Notes: generated by a model from the sequence alone, not told the origin. Shown: positions 28,366 to 42,411, numbered from the stretch's first letter. The stretch: 64,000 bases of DNA from Octopus bimaculoides (GCF_001194135.2 NC_068983.1:158044842-158108841), one strand, 5' to 3'. Program-made: numbers and translations.

Positions 28366-30965
28366 GTACGGCGAGCTGGCAGAAGATTCTGGTTTCGATT
28401 CCTGGACCGGGCGATGCATTGCGTTCTTGAGAAAATCCAACTCATTTCACGTAGCTACATTACTCTCAGCTGGCAAAAATGAATAATCCTGCATTGGACC
28501 AGCGTCCCGTCCTGTGGGAGGGGCATATGTCCGCCACAGAATCCAAGAAACCGGCCTTATGAGCCTATGAATCGGGAAAGACATTTGATCCCTTTTTAAG
28601 GTGGCGAGCTGGCCAAATCGTTAGCACGCCGGACAAAATGCTTAGCGCAGTTTCGTCCGTCATTACGTTGTGTGTTCAAATTCCACCGAGGTAAGCTTTG
28701 CCTTTCATCCTTTCAGGGTCGATAAAATAAGTACTAGTTGAGCACTGGGGTCGATGTCATCGATTAGCCTTTTCCTTCCAAAATTTCAGGCCTTGTGCCT
28801 ATAGCAGAAAGGATCGTTATTATTATTTGGGGTACTAATCCCGCCCATGTCTGCTTTCTCTTTAGACTTCTGAGGTCAATAAATTAAAACCAGTTAAATA
28901 CTATCTCGATTTTTGATCATGAATTTGTGGACTTAGTTTCTAACATAGGCACAAGACCACAGTTTTGAAGTACGAGTGAACTTTATTTTATCGACTCCGA
29001 TTGGATGGAAGGCAAACTGACTCAAATTTAAACTCAGAACGAAAAGATCCGTAACTAAGTATCCCAATGATTTTTTCGTGTGTTTTGTTTTGTTGATACT
29101 CTAACGATTCTGGCAAATTAATATTTTTATTGGTTTCAAGTTCTGGCACTAGGCCAGGGGTGGCTAGTCAATTACATCGGGCCCAGTACTCAATTGATAC
29201 GTATTTTATCGACCCCAAAAGGATGAAAGGCAACTTCGACCTCGGTGGAATTTGAACTCAGAATGCAATGACAGGCAAAATGCTGCTAAGCATTTTACCC
29301 GGCGTGCAAATGACTCTGCCAACATCAGTATTATTATCAGCAGTTGCGGAGAAGGGGATAAGTCGATGACATGACCCCAGTACTCAATTGATACTTATTT
29401 TATTCTTTTATACTCTAGGCACAAGGCCCGAATTTTTTGGGGAAGAGGCCAGTCGATTAGAACGATCCCAGTACGCAACTGGTACTTAATTTATCGGCCC
29501 TGAAATGATGGAAGGCAAAGTCGACCTCGGCGGAATTTGAACTCAGAATGTAAGGCCGGACGAAATGCCGCTAACCATTTTGCACGACGTGCTAACAGTT
29601 CTGCCAGCTCGCCACCTTAATCAGTATTATTATTATTATTAATAATAATTAAGGCGTGCAAACTAGCAGAACCGTTACCGTGCCGGAAAAAATACTTAGC
29701 GGTTTTTCTTCCGGCTTTAGGAACTAAGTTCAAATGTCACCGAAGTCAACTTTACCTTTCATCCTTTCGGAGTCAATGAAATATGTTCCAGTAAAGTACC
29801 AAGGTCGGTGTAATCAATTCGACCCTCCTCACAAAATTTGAGGTCCTGTACTTACAGCTGAAATAATATTGTTTGTGATTTCGGCACACTGGCAACATTT
29901 TGGGAGCAAAAGGTTAGCTGCAGCCAACAATATCAGAACTTGATTGATACATTATTGTATTGACTCTAGAGAAGGGCAAAACTGATTCCAACGAGATTTG
30001 AACTCAGAATGTAAATAGTCGTAATTACACATAACAAAACACTCTAACGGTTCTGCCAAATCAATTATATCCTTACATACAATAAGCATTTTTAATGTCA
30101 TAAATCTAGGATCAAAGGTTAGTCGGATTATATCGATTGGGAGCAGTAGGGTTAGACTAGTACTAGACTGGTACTTTATTTGATCGACTACAAAAGAATG
30201 AAATCAATGGAATTTGACCTCAGAATATCAAAATCGATAAGTATATTAGTTATGGCCCTATATATTTTGTATTCATATCCCTATGAGGTCGACTTGGCCT
30301 TTTATCTTTCCGGGATCGATAAAATAATACAGTAGTGTACAATAGATCTAAAGGACTTCGACTACGCCCTCTCCACTCAAATTTCTGGCCTTGTGCCTTT
30401 GTTTCATATTACTATTATTATTGAGGGCGGTAGATTGACCGAATCACTAAAACATCAGACAAAGTGCTTTGGGGTTTTAGTTCCAGGAGTTCAAATCCTA
30501 CCGAGTTTAACTTTGTCTCTTATTCTTCCGGAGTTAATACGATAAAGTGCTCGGCAATACTAGTGTCAATATAAGCGACCGTTGCTTTCTCCACCTATTA
30601 ATTCCTGACCTTCTTCTTATGTTAGAAAGTACAGGGCGTTGGCAGAATAATCAAAGCATCGAAAAAAAACGGCTTGCAGTATTTATTCAGATACTTCAGG
30701 CTCTGAGTTCAAATCCTTCCGGTATTAAGAACGTAGAGTACAGGTCAAATAATGTAAAGTCGATATAAACAACCATTTCCCACTGCTTATGCTAGAAACA
30801 ACTGTGATCCTGCACTTTACATTCTGAGTTCAAATCTCGTCGGAGTCAACTTCGTCTTCCATTCCTCCCGAGGCTGATAAAATAAAGTACAGTGAAATAC
30901 TGAGGTCGATGTATTCGACTAATTTTTCCCTTTCAAAAATGCTGGTCTTGTACCTCAGTTAGAAA
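28050..30965. mobile_element. Dense cluster of roughly a dozen or more SINE family A copies and fragments in both orientations, plus a SINE family C fragment (28375-28590)
   Basis: Repeated gagttcaaatt..gaggtcgactttgcctttcatcc and its reverse complement, separated by (ATT)n tracts. Confidence 0.85.
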
Positions 30966-31318
30966 CCATTGGTATGCATACTTTTATTTCTAATTTTTAT
31001 TTTACGCATCTATGTATTATGAGACGGATTTGAATAAAGAGGCACAAAAAAAAAAAAAGGAAGGAAAAGAAAAGAGTTACACTGACATAAGGGTATCTGC
31101 TAGAAACTTTCCGAAGGTCCCTGAATGTATGTCACGTGCAAACATTTATGTGTCGTCTGTGAAGTAGATAGCGTATATGCGTGTGTGTTTGTGATTGTGC
31201 TTCAGACAGAGCATGTAAGGAATATACATGACTGTTATTGGGGTGGGACAAGATATATATCGTGTGGTTATGTGTGCATGTCAATGTGTGGCTGTGAGAT
31301 GAATGTCTTTACGTTTGT

Positions 31319-31361
<43 letters not shown>

Positions 31362-31674
31362 AAAAGAAGAATGCTTCAATTTCTTCCACGTGTAAGTTAC
31401 AGAGACAAGAAATAGTCTTCATCATGTACGTTATATACAACTGTCACATCAATAACATTAACAGTAGTTAGTATAAGTAAGACAAGTGAATATTTCTTTG
31501 AGAAGGAATACCATAGGCTGGGAGTGATGGTGGTGGTGGGGAATGCATTAAAAGCGGCGAACAATTCAGATAAATAAAAAATAATTCATACATCGATCTT
31601 TCTGTCTGACTAGCTGTTTTGGTATGTATGTATGTAAATGCACATGTACGTATGAACAGATATATCTGTGTATG

Positions 31675-31751
<77 letters not shown>

Positions 31752-32631
31752 NNNNNNNNNNNNNNNNNNNNNNNNNNNNNNNNNNNNNNNNNNNNNNNNN
31801 NNNNNNNNNNNNNNNNNNNNNNNNNNNNNNNNNNNNNNNNNNNNNNNNNNNNNNNNNNNNNNNNNNNNNNNNNNNNNNNNNNNNNNNNNNNNNNNNNNNN
31901 NNNNNNNNNNNNNNNNNNNNNNNNNNNNNNNNNNNNNNNNNNNNNNNNNNNNNNNNNNNNNNNNNNNNNNNNNNNNNNNNNNNNNNNNNNNNNNNNNNNN
32001 NNNNNNNNNNNNNNNNNNNNNNNNNNNNNNNNNNNNNNNNNNNNNNNNNNNNNNNNNNNNNNNNNNNNNNNNNNNNNNNNNNNNNNNNNNNNNNNNNNNN
32101 NNNNNNNNNNNNNNNNNNNNNNNNNNNNNNNNNNNNNNNNNNNNNNNNNNNNNNNNNNNNNNNNNNNNNNNNNNNNNNNNNNNNNNNNNNNNNNNNNNNN
32201 NNNNNNNNNNNNNNNNNNNNNNNNNNNNNNNNNNNNNNNNNNNNNNNNNNNNNNNNNNNNNNNNNNNNNNNNNNNNNNNNNNNNNNNNNNNNNNNNNNNN
32301 NNNNNNNNNNNNNNNNNNNNNNNNNNNNNNNNATATATATATATATATTTCCCGTCTGGCCGTATAGCCTTTTCTGTTTGTTTTCCTGTCTTGTTTTTTG
32401 TCCGCCAGTACATTCCTCCATGGCAAGGTTTAATTTGTGTATACAAATTTAATTTGCGGTCCATGGGAAGAGCCGTTTTAACGATGCGTCCTACCCAGCT
32501 CTTCGAAACGCCGGTGTTAAAACGGGGGTAGCTGATGAAGAAGAATGAACCCAGATATGCACCTATACATACAGGTGGATGTCGGTATGCACATACCTGT
32601 ACGTATATATGCATATACTAATTTACTATTT

Positions 32632-32666
<35 letters not shown>

Positions 32667-33035
32667 CACACACATGAATGCGTATACATGTACACACACA
32701 CACACGCATCACGCACATGCAAACGTATACACACCATGTATAGCTATGTTTGTATGTATGTCGGTAAAAATACATGGTTGATGTATTTGCTTTTGTTTAC
32801 ATGCCTTTCAGGTTCGGGCTATGTGTGTGTGTATTTATAAAGTTTTAAACGTCCCCTTGCATACGTGGTAAATGTATGGGTACAGCCTTGGTATATACGC
32901 ATTTGGTGGAATGAGAGTATACATATATCAGATGGATAATATAAGTATATGTATTTATGTATGTATCTGTGTGTGTTTACGTACATATGTATATGTACAT
33001 GATATATATGCATTATATATATATATACACACACA

Positions 33036-33070
<35 letters not shown>

Positions 33071-33071
33071 A

Positions 33072-33239
33072 CGTGGGGTTGCTGAAAGGTTCCTGGCTAT
33101 AAGAGTATCCCGAAAGGCCTGGTTCGAGGTTCAACCTTCCGAGTTCTTTTACAGGGCTTAGAAACACCGAAGGAACCCTGGAATTGATCCTCCTGTATTT
33201 TCTTTTACCAGAAGCCGAGAACTTTTCAGCATCTCCACG
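33072..33239. mobile_element. Tc1/mariner MITE, 168 bp, TA TSD
   Basis: TA|cgtggggttgctgaaaggttcctggct ... agccgagaacttttcagcatctccacg|TA; internally deleted relative of 39436-39652. Confidence 0.9.
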
Positions 33240-33659
33240 TATGTGTATATGTATATGTATTTACATGAACGTATATAGTTTATCTAAGAGTATATATATN
33301 NNNNNNNNNNNNNNNNNNNNNNNNNNNNNNNNNNNNNNNNNNNNNNNNNNNNNNNNNNNNNNNNNNNNNNNNNNNNNNNNNNNNNNNNNNNNNNNNNNNN
33401 NNNNNNNNNNNNNNNNNNNNNNNNNNNNNNNNNNNNNNNNNNNNNNNNNNNNNNNNNNNNNNNNNNNNNNNNNNNNNNNNNNNNNNNNNNNNNNNNNNNN
33501 NNNNNNNNNNNNNNNNNNNNNNNNNNNNNNNNNNNNNNNNNNNNNNNNNNNNNNNNNNNNNNNNNNNNNNNNNNNNNNNNNNNNNNNNNNNNNNNNNNNN
33601 NNNNNNNNNNNNNNNNNNNNNNNNNNNNNNNNNNNNNNNNNNNNNNNNNNNNNNNNNNN

Positions 33660-33715
<56 letters not shown>

Positions 33716-33785
33716 ATGTATACTGTGTATTAATTCTGATATAAGCAATCACAGAAAAAAAATCTTTACATATGTGTGTGTGTAT

Positions 33786-33816
<31 letters not shown>

Positions 33817-34005
33817 GAATTATCCATGTAAACAACTATTTACTCACGTTTGTAATATACGTGTAGATGTGTATGTATGTGTGTGTATATATATGTGTAT
33901 ATAATCATAACGCAGGTCCCATAAATGAACAAGGGAATTACTAGTGATGCATCGTTTGATTAGGGACAAGCTTACGCACAGTCGCAGATTCTTATACATC
34001 TTTAT

Positions 34006-34064
<59 letters not shown>

Positions 34065-34138
34065 TATGCACATACACGCACAGATCTCTCTCTCTCTCTC
34101 TNNNNNNNNNNACATACATATGCACATACACGCACAGA

Positions 34139-34206
<68 letters not shown>

Positions 34207-34621
34207 CATACATGCATACACATGTCTGTATGTATAGGAAAAGAGACAGAATGAGAGAATGAAATAGCTAGATGCATATATTGAGACAGACAGGTAGCTA
34301 TATACAGAGCAAGAGAGAAGTGTATGTGAGTAGCAATATGTTTTTTTTTTGCATAAAATTCATAAAACATATATATACTCATAAAATATATATACTTTGT
34401 CATTATGTATAGTATGTGTGCGTGCAGGCGCGTGTAATTTGTAGGTCTGTGTTTATGTTGTGCATCGTATACGTGTACGTGTGTGTGTGTGTGTTTATGT
34501 TAGCATATGTGTGCTTGTAAGGGAGAAAGAATTTGCTGAAATAAAGTTATATATGGTAGAAATGTCTAGGAAAAAGTTAATCGATGAGATGATAATATTT
34601 GGTAGTGAAAAGTGTACTTAC

Positions 34622-34740
34622 CACCACATTCCAGTTGTGGCTGACGTCTCTATCACACTGTATATACAAAAACAAGCGAAAATAATGGAGACCGGCGAAA
34701 AAACTGATCTGCCATTCCACATAACAGAACTTTGGGCCAT
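34622..34740 (-). CDS. Putative first coding exon of a Wnt-family ligand (signal peptide; subfamily unresolved)
   Basis: ATG at 34740 gives MAQSSVMWNGRSVFSPVSIIFACFCIYSVIETSATTGMW plus TG, followed by a perfect GTAAGT donor (34621-34616). A hydrophobic signal peptide followed by W-W split in phase 2 is the known exon-1 junction of several Wnt genes (e.g. WNT3A YPIWW|, WNT6 GLWW|). Single exon only; no Wnt core exon found in the window. Confidence 0.5.
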
Positions 34741-35570
34741 TTCTCCGACGATCTTAAGAAATCCTGGTATTGTATAGTCGGTGCTTGGTGTTATATCTGC
34801 CTTCTATATAATGTTTTAGTAGTTGTATTTAGTAAGTTTTATTCCGAATTTACTATTATATAATAATATTAATTAACTTATTTAATCCTTTTTCATCCAT
34901 CACACATTCAAAAATCCATAAATATATATATTTACATAAGTATAAATAGAACTACATATATAAAAAATATATACATATATGTATGTGTGTGTGTGTGTGT
35001 GCGCGTGTACGTGCGCGCTCATGTAAGTGTGTGTGCGTGTGAGCGTGCGCGCGCGTGTGTGTTTGTGAGAAGAGAGAGAGAGAGGGGAAAAGTGTGATAT
35101 TAGAAGGGAAAGAAATATAGAAGAGACTTGTCTATTTACAGATTGTGCACTTATAAATAAATAGATTGATGTATTGACAAACGTGAAGTCAAAGTGATAG
35201 ATAAATAGACAGACAGATAAGATAGAGAGGGGGAGAGAAGGAGGAGGGAAGAGGATAAGATAGATGGATAGAGAGATAGCTGTACACTGTATTCAACACA
35301 ACGTATTTGTTGCTAATGCTCTCTTGAATTTAATGATGATAAAAGTACAAGTAGGATTAATTTATAAGTAGGAAGAACTTAACTATGAAGTATATCTCTC
35401 AGCACACGCAAATACGCGAGTAATATTTTAAGTTATTCTTAAGAAGGTTGCATAGGTATTTTTAATGGAATTTTTGAACCAATGGATAAATGCACGAGTA
35501 AAATTTTCTTTTGAAGATACAATTATTTCAACTCTATATATAATCATGTATGTATGTATGTATGTATGTA

Positions 35571-35636
<66 letters not shown>

Positions 35637-37228
35637 TATGTATGTATTTATGTATGAATGTATTTATATATGTGCCTATTTATTAATATACTTATATACA
35701 ATATATACAAACGTGTTTATATTAAATTTAAATATATTTTTGTGTTGATTGGTGTATGGCTATAAACAGATAAATTCTGTGGAAATATGTTTACTTTTCT
35801 TTTCTTTACATTTAAATATATTGTATTTTTTCTCTTAGAATTAAGATAGTTCTACTCCTAAAACAACTTTTTGCTGTCAAAACATTTTCTCGCGTCCTCT
35901 TTAACTTTCATCTCTTACTTTCTCCTTTTTCTCTCTTTCTTTCTCTCATACACACACACACAAGCCGAGACACTCACACACACATACATACACACACTTT
36001 TTCTCTTTTCCTTTTTTACCTTCTCTTTCTCTTTCTTTCTCCCTAATTTTTTCTCCCTTTTTTTTTTGTTTTCCTCTCTCTCTCTCTCTATCTCTCTCTC
36101 TTTTGCTACTTTTCTTTAGCGTTTGTGTCTCAGCGCGTTGGTTTCACGTTGCTCTTCCTCTTTTTGGTATAACAATCCCTTTTAATATAGAAAACACTTC
36201 CTTGGATGCATCCGCGTCTGTCCGGTCACGCTGTACAGCAGTAACTTGCTTCAATGAACTTTTTCTTAGTCATTTACTTATTCTTTTATTCCGCTTATCA
36301 CAGTACTTATTTTTTTTTACAACAAAAATAATCAACAACAGTAATAACAACCACAAAATCGACAACTACAACGTTCTCTAATGTTATTGTAACATGCTTT
36401 GTGTCAAAGGATGTTTTGCTGGCTTTTTAACTTATCGTTGTTAAGCTACTGGCATAGTCGCACTGCCTGTCCCGTGTTTCTTTGATAATTTCATTTATTC
36501 TTTTAAATTATTCATAATTGTTGTTGTTGTTGTTGCTGTTCTTTTAGAGGAGTGTCTTGAAAGTAAATAGGCGTTTTGGTTTTGTTGTTGCTGTTGTTGT
36601 TGTTTGACTCAGTATATGTTTTCTAATTGGTTTGTCGATATTCTAAAAACTTTCTCCTACAGTAAGCTCCTTTTCTATCGGTTTCTGGGAGCCAGCTGGG
36701 CAGTTATTAGGGCCGAGTTTGGTTGCCGAGTGGAGAGCCGAGGTTTGACGCTCGGTACTGAGAGAATGATGGAACATCATAGCCTCAGAGAAATTAGAAA
36801 CGAGGAAGTAAGGGAGGGGAAGAAAGAGGTTAGGCCCAGACGACAATATAACTACTGCTGCTGCTGTTGCCGTTGATGGCGCTGGTGTTTTCCTTTGGGT
36901 TGTTTTTACTGCTGCTACTACTCATGTCGCTCTATTGCTAGTGACGGCAAGTAACAACGAGTAAGAACAGCATATTAACCACACCACCACCACCGCCACC
37001 ACCACTACTACTACTACTACTACTGCTACTGCTACTGCTACTACTGCTACTACATAGCAATAACAACAACAATAGCTATTGCTAGTGCGCGACCAGAAAG
37101 GAACCAGTAAAACAAACGACAGACATAACGAAGGCTCGCTAAAACTCCTGCTGCTGTTACTGCTGCTATGTGTGCAGGAGGCGGCGACAGTTTGTCGGCC
37201 TAAGGTTGTGTTTCCCCGCCTTTTTTTT

Positions 37229-37310
37229 CCATTCTGAAACAGAAACTTTGCAAAAAAAAAAGAAAGAAAAAAGCTTTATAATACACACGGTCAGTGACGT
37301 TGTCGGCCGT
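37229..37310 (-). promoter_or_regulatory. Candidate minus-strand core promoter (TATAAA with upstream CRE-like TGACGT and nearby GC box)
   Basis: Minus-strand TATAAA at 37275-37280, TGACGT at 37295-37300 and CCCCGCC near 37214, in a locally CpG-rich stretch oriented toward the exon at 34740. Confidence 0.3.
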
Positions 37311-37604
37311 CTTTTTGCATACATACACAGAAACACACACACACACATACACACACACGCACACACACAAGTGAGTGATAAAGTCAGATTATCTGCGAGC
37401 TGGGGCATCTATCTAACTGGAAGTCGATCTGGATGAGATTGTGGCCAAGTGGAAAACTGCAATAAGTCATCGGAAGGGAACGATTTAAGTTATAAAAACC
37501 TGCATTTGCTGGGAACTACCGTCCATTATCAAGTAAAAAAAAAACAACAACAAAGCTAATTGATTCATAACAATTTCAGGTGATATAAATACATACATAC
37601 ACAC

Positions 37605-37639
<35 letters not shown>

Positions 37640-39307
37640 AAAATTAATTAAGGTACTCAGAAACGTGGATGTTTGTACATTTAAAGATTTTTATTAATGT
37701 CACTGTACGTTTTTCAAATTGTTTTCAAAACAATTTGAAAAACCTACACGACTAGGTGAAGAGCGCTTCATTTAATATGTGACATTAATANNNNNNNNNN
37801 NNNNNNNNNNNNNNNNNNNNNNNNNNNNNNNNNNNNNNNNNNNNNNNNNNNNNNNNNNNNNNNNNNNNNNNNNNNNNNNNNNNNNNNNNNNNNNNNNNNN
37901 NNNNNNNNNNNNNNNNNNNNNNNNNNNNNNNNNNNNNNNNNNNNNNNNNNNNNNNNNNNNNNNNNNNNNNNNNNNNNNNNNNNNNNNNNNNNNNNNNNNN
38001 NNNNNNNNNNNNNNNNNNNNNNNNNNNNNNNNNNNNNNATATATATATATATATACATACACACAAACATGTATTCTATACACGCACATATATGTGTGTT
38101 TATATGTGTAAGGTGAGTATGGGGGTTCAATGCTAATCTTTCTTTTTCCTATTTTCTTTGTTATTTAGCAATCACCACCACCACCACCGCCCTACATTAC
38201 CATCATCATCATCATTCGCATCATCCTTAACGTAACCACCGCCAACATATCCATCATTGTCGCCGTCGCCAGTTACAAATGTAGAAGTAGTAGTAGTAAC
38301 ATTTTTTTTCTTTGCAAATCCAAGCATGTTTGGGTCAGTGGTGTGTTTGAATATTTATGCGTGTAATGTGCCCGTGTGTGTGTTTGTGTACGTGTGTGTA
38401 TGCATGTATTTATCTATGTGTAAATATAATGCGTTCGTTATACGTTATTTTTATATTTATTATCATTTTAATCAAGAATTTCATTTGTGTTGTGACTTAA
38501 TCTATCTGGGAATGTGTATGTTTGTGTACACACATATATACAAGAAGTATAAGAAGTTGCAGTTACTGTTTGTAGACCGACTAAAGACTAGCACCCCTCT
38601 TGCATGCTATCTGTTTTTAATGCGATTGTAGGAAAAAAAACCGAAGTAGTATGCATTCTTTTGGTGGCAAGCAAGAAGAGTAAATAGAAATATACAGCCT
38701 CTGAGTTTTAAATCTCTCTAAAGTGATTTTTAAAATTATTATTTATACCTCCATTTTGCACACAGATTTGTTTAATGGATGTTAGAAGTAGGCAGAAAGT
38801 TTGCCTTCATACATTACTGTATCTGGTTTGAGGATCGTGTTTATCAAAAACAATCTCGTCCTATCCCAGACACTGCCTTCTAAACAAGAGATTGTAAAAT
38901 ATACATGGATGTTTGGTGTTGATTTAATGTACAAAACCGTCTCTTGTTGTAAAATAGGCTTTGTTGTTAGCCAAAATATCTAAATTATTGTTGGATTAAT
39001 AAAATAATTTCGTCATATAAATGAATTTATGTTTGCTGGTCGATTCCTGTGTGTAATATATAATGAAACCTTTCTTACGAGAAATCTAAACGAAATAATC
39101 AAAATCTACAAGCACACAAATATACACACAACCCTCCCCATACACATGTTCATGTCCCACAAGAGTATCTTACAAAATTACATACATGTCAGTATGTGCA
39201 TGCAAATATGTTTTTCTCTTTTTTTTTTTTACTTGAAGCCAAATACAATCATGCACGGCTGGAATTATTTTGTATGTACTGCGTTGTGTTGTGTTGTTGT
39301 ATAGTAT

Positions 39308-39359
<52 letters not shown>

Positions 39360-39435
39360 CAGGACTGTAAACTCGAGCCAACAACAACTTTTCATTTTCT
39401 GAAGGACAAAAGAGAAAAAAAAACTCAACCAAGTA

Positions 39436-39652
39436 CGCGGGGGTACTGTAAAGTTCCTGACTTTGGGTAAAAGAAAATATAGGACGATCAGTTAATTATG
39501 ATTCTAATCAGCATATTCCCGTCTCAGATTCACACACGTATTGCAGCGGCCCTTCAGTTTTTCTAAGCCCTGTAAAAGAACTCGGAATGTTGAAACTCGA
39601 ACCAGGCCTTTCGTGATACCCTTAAAGCCAGGAACATTTCAGCACTCCCTCG
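39436..39652. mobile_element. Tc1/mariner MITE, 217 bp, TA TSD
   Basis: TA|cgcgggggtactgtaaagttcctgact ... agccaggaacatttcagcactccctcg|TA; same family as 33072-33239 in the opposite orientation. Confidence 0.9.
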
Positions 39653-39707
39653 TACACATTTCGGATATTCACAACTTCATCGCATCAACGCACATCTATT
39701 CCCACGT

Positions 39708-39929
39708 CTTTTATCTTTTACTTGTCTCGGCCATAGGGCTACGGCTATGCCGGGGCACCGCCTTGAAGGGTTTTTTTTTATTCGAACGAATCGACCACAG
39801 CACTGATTTTGTTAATGCCTGGTACTTATTCTATCGATATCTTTGGCCAGTTACAGTGGTCATAAACAAACCGACACCGGTTGTCAATCTGACAACACAA
39901 GGATACACGGAGACAGATACATACATGCA

Positions 39930-40005
<76 letters not shown>

Positions 40006-40014
40006 GATCTATCA

Positions 40015-40087
<73 letters not shown>

Positions 40088-40240
40088 CAACTGGCTTCTT
40101 TCAGTTTCCGACTACCGAATCCACGAGGAAAGCTTCGGTCGGCCCGGGACTATAGTGGGACACACTTGCCCAAGATGCCATGCAGTGGGATGGAATCCGG
40201 AACCCTGTGATTGAGGCTCTTCCTACCACACACATTCATG
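39708..40240 (-). mobile_element. SINE family B with internal (TCTA)n of about 160 bp
   Basis: Family B flanks enclose the tetranucleotide array at about 39927-40087. Confidence 0.8.
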
Positions 40241-41134
40241 CATTCATAAACAAGAATGATATACATAAATGCATATATAATGCAAACGTGAGTGTAAGCA
40301 TGTCATTGTTTTGCTCCAGGTCAGCCCTTATCATAAAAAGGCCTATGCTCAAAGGCGTTCCAGTCATGGGTGACCTGACTTTTGTATATCAGGCATTATA
40401 TTGTTCAATTTAGCTTTCATTTATTAAAAACGGTTGAATGCAACATGAGGGACATTTAGCAATTATTTCTAGCAGATCCAGCGACGATGTAGAGGTTCCC
40501 TCTCCCCTGTATATATATATGTATATATATATATATATATATGTATNNNNNNNNNNNNNNNNNNNNNNNNNNNNNNNNNNNNNNNNNNNNNNNNNNNNNN
40601 NNNNNNNNNNNNNNNNNNNNNNNNNNNNNNNNNNNNNNNNNNNNNNNNNNNNNNNNNNNNNNNNNNNNNNNNNNNNNNNNNNNNNNNNNNNNNNNNNNNN
40701 NNNNNNNNNNNNNNNNNNNNNNNNNNNNNNNNNNNNNNNNNNNNNNNNNNNNNNNNNNNNNNNNNNNNNNNNNNNNNNNNNNNNNNNNNNNNNNNNNNNN
40801 NNNNNNNNNNNNNNNNNNNNNNNNNNNNNNNNNNNNNNNNNNNNNNNNNNNNNNNNNNNNNNNNNNNNNNNNNNNNNNNNNNNNNNNNNNNNNNNNNNNN
40901 NNNNNNNNNNNNNNNNNNNNNNNNNNNNNNNNNNNNNNNNNNNNNNNNNTAATATAAACGTGATACTGAAAATGTTTGACACGTTTACTATTCACATAGT
41001 ATTTACACTTTTGTTATCAAATGAAGTAATTTTTTTTATATAAAAATAAAACGATCCGTCTGTGTCACTCTATGTATGTATGTATGTATGTATGTATGTA
41101 TGTATGTATGTATGTATGTATGTATGTATGTATG

Positions 41135-41174
<40 letters not shown>

Positions 41175-41454
41175 GATCGATCTATCTATCTACCGAAAGA
41201 TAGGTAGGTATGATTTTATGCAGTGTATACACAAGAATGTGTATATAGACACATACGTATGTATAAAAATAATTACTCGAATGTGTGTACATATTACACA
41301 CAAATATGTACACACCCGGTGTACAGAGACGCGCAAACACACGCACTCAACTTCACACATGCATTATTTATTTCTGATATTGTGTGTAATGTTCATACAT
41401 ACATGCATACATACCTATGTATGCATACATATATACCTATGTATACATACATAA

Positions 41455-41492
<38 letters not shown>

Positions 41493-42370
41493 NNNNNNNN
41501 NNNNNNNNNNNNNNNNNNNNNNNNNNNNNNNNNNNNNNNNNNNNNNNNNNNNNNNNNNNNNNNNNNNNNNNNNNNNNNNNNNNNNNNNNNNNNNNNNNNN
41601 NNNNNNNNNNNNNNNNNNNNNNNNNNNNNNNNNNNNNNNNNNNNNNNNNNNNNNNNNNNNNNNNNNNNNNNNNNNNNNNNNNNNNNNNNNNNNNNNNNNN
41701 NNNNNNNNNNNNNNNNNNNNNNNNNNNNNNNNNNNNNNNNNNNNNNNNNNNNNNNNNNNNNNNNNNNNNNNNNNNNNNNNNNNNNNNNNNNNNNNNNNNN
41801 NNNNNNNNNNNNNNNNNNNNNNNNNNNNNNNNNNNNNNNNNNNNNNNNNNNNNNNNNNNNNNNNNNNNNNNNNNNNNNNNNNNNNNNNNNNNNNNNNNNN
41901 NNNNNNNNNNNNNNNNNNNNNNNNNNNNNNNNNNNNNNNNNNNNNNNNNNNNNNNNNNNNNNNNNNNNNNNNNNNNNNNNNNNNNNNNNNNNNNNNNNNN
42001 NNNNNNNNNNNNNNNNNNNNNNNNNNNNNNNNNNNNNNNNNNNNNNNNNNNNNNNNNNNNNNNNNNNNNNNNNNNNNNNNNNNNNNNNNNNNNNNNNNNN
42101 NNNNNNNNNNNNNNNNNNNNNNNNNNNNNNNNNNNNNNNNNNNNNNNNNNNNNNNNNNNNNNNNNNNNNNNNNNNNNNNNNNNNNNNNNNNNNNNNNNNN
42201 NNNNNNNNNNNNNNNNNNNNNNNNNNNNNNNNNNNNNNNNNNNNNNNNNNNNNNNNNNNNNNNNNNNNNNNNNNNNNNNNNNNNNNNNNNNNNNNNNNNN
42301 NNNNNNNNNNNNNNNNNNNNNNNNNNNNNNNNNNNNNNNNNNNNNNNNNNNNNNNNNNNNNTGTATATAC

Positions 42371-42411
<41 letters not shown>

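Noticed and set aside
34058-34160. Direct duplication flanking a 10-N gap
   Set aside because: Typical unmerged contig overlap (assembly artefact).
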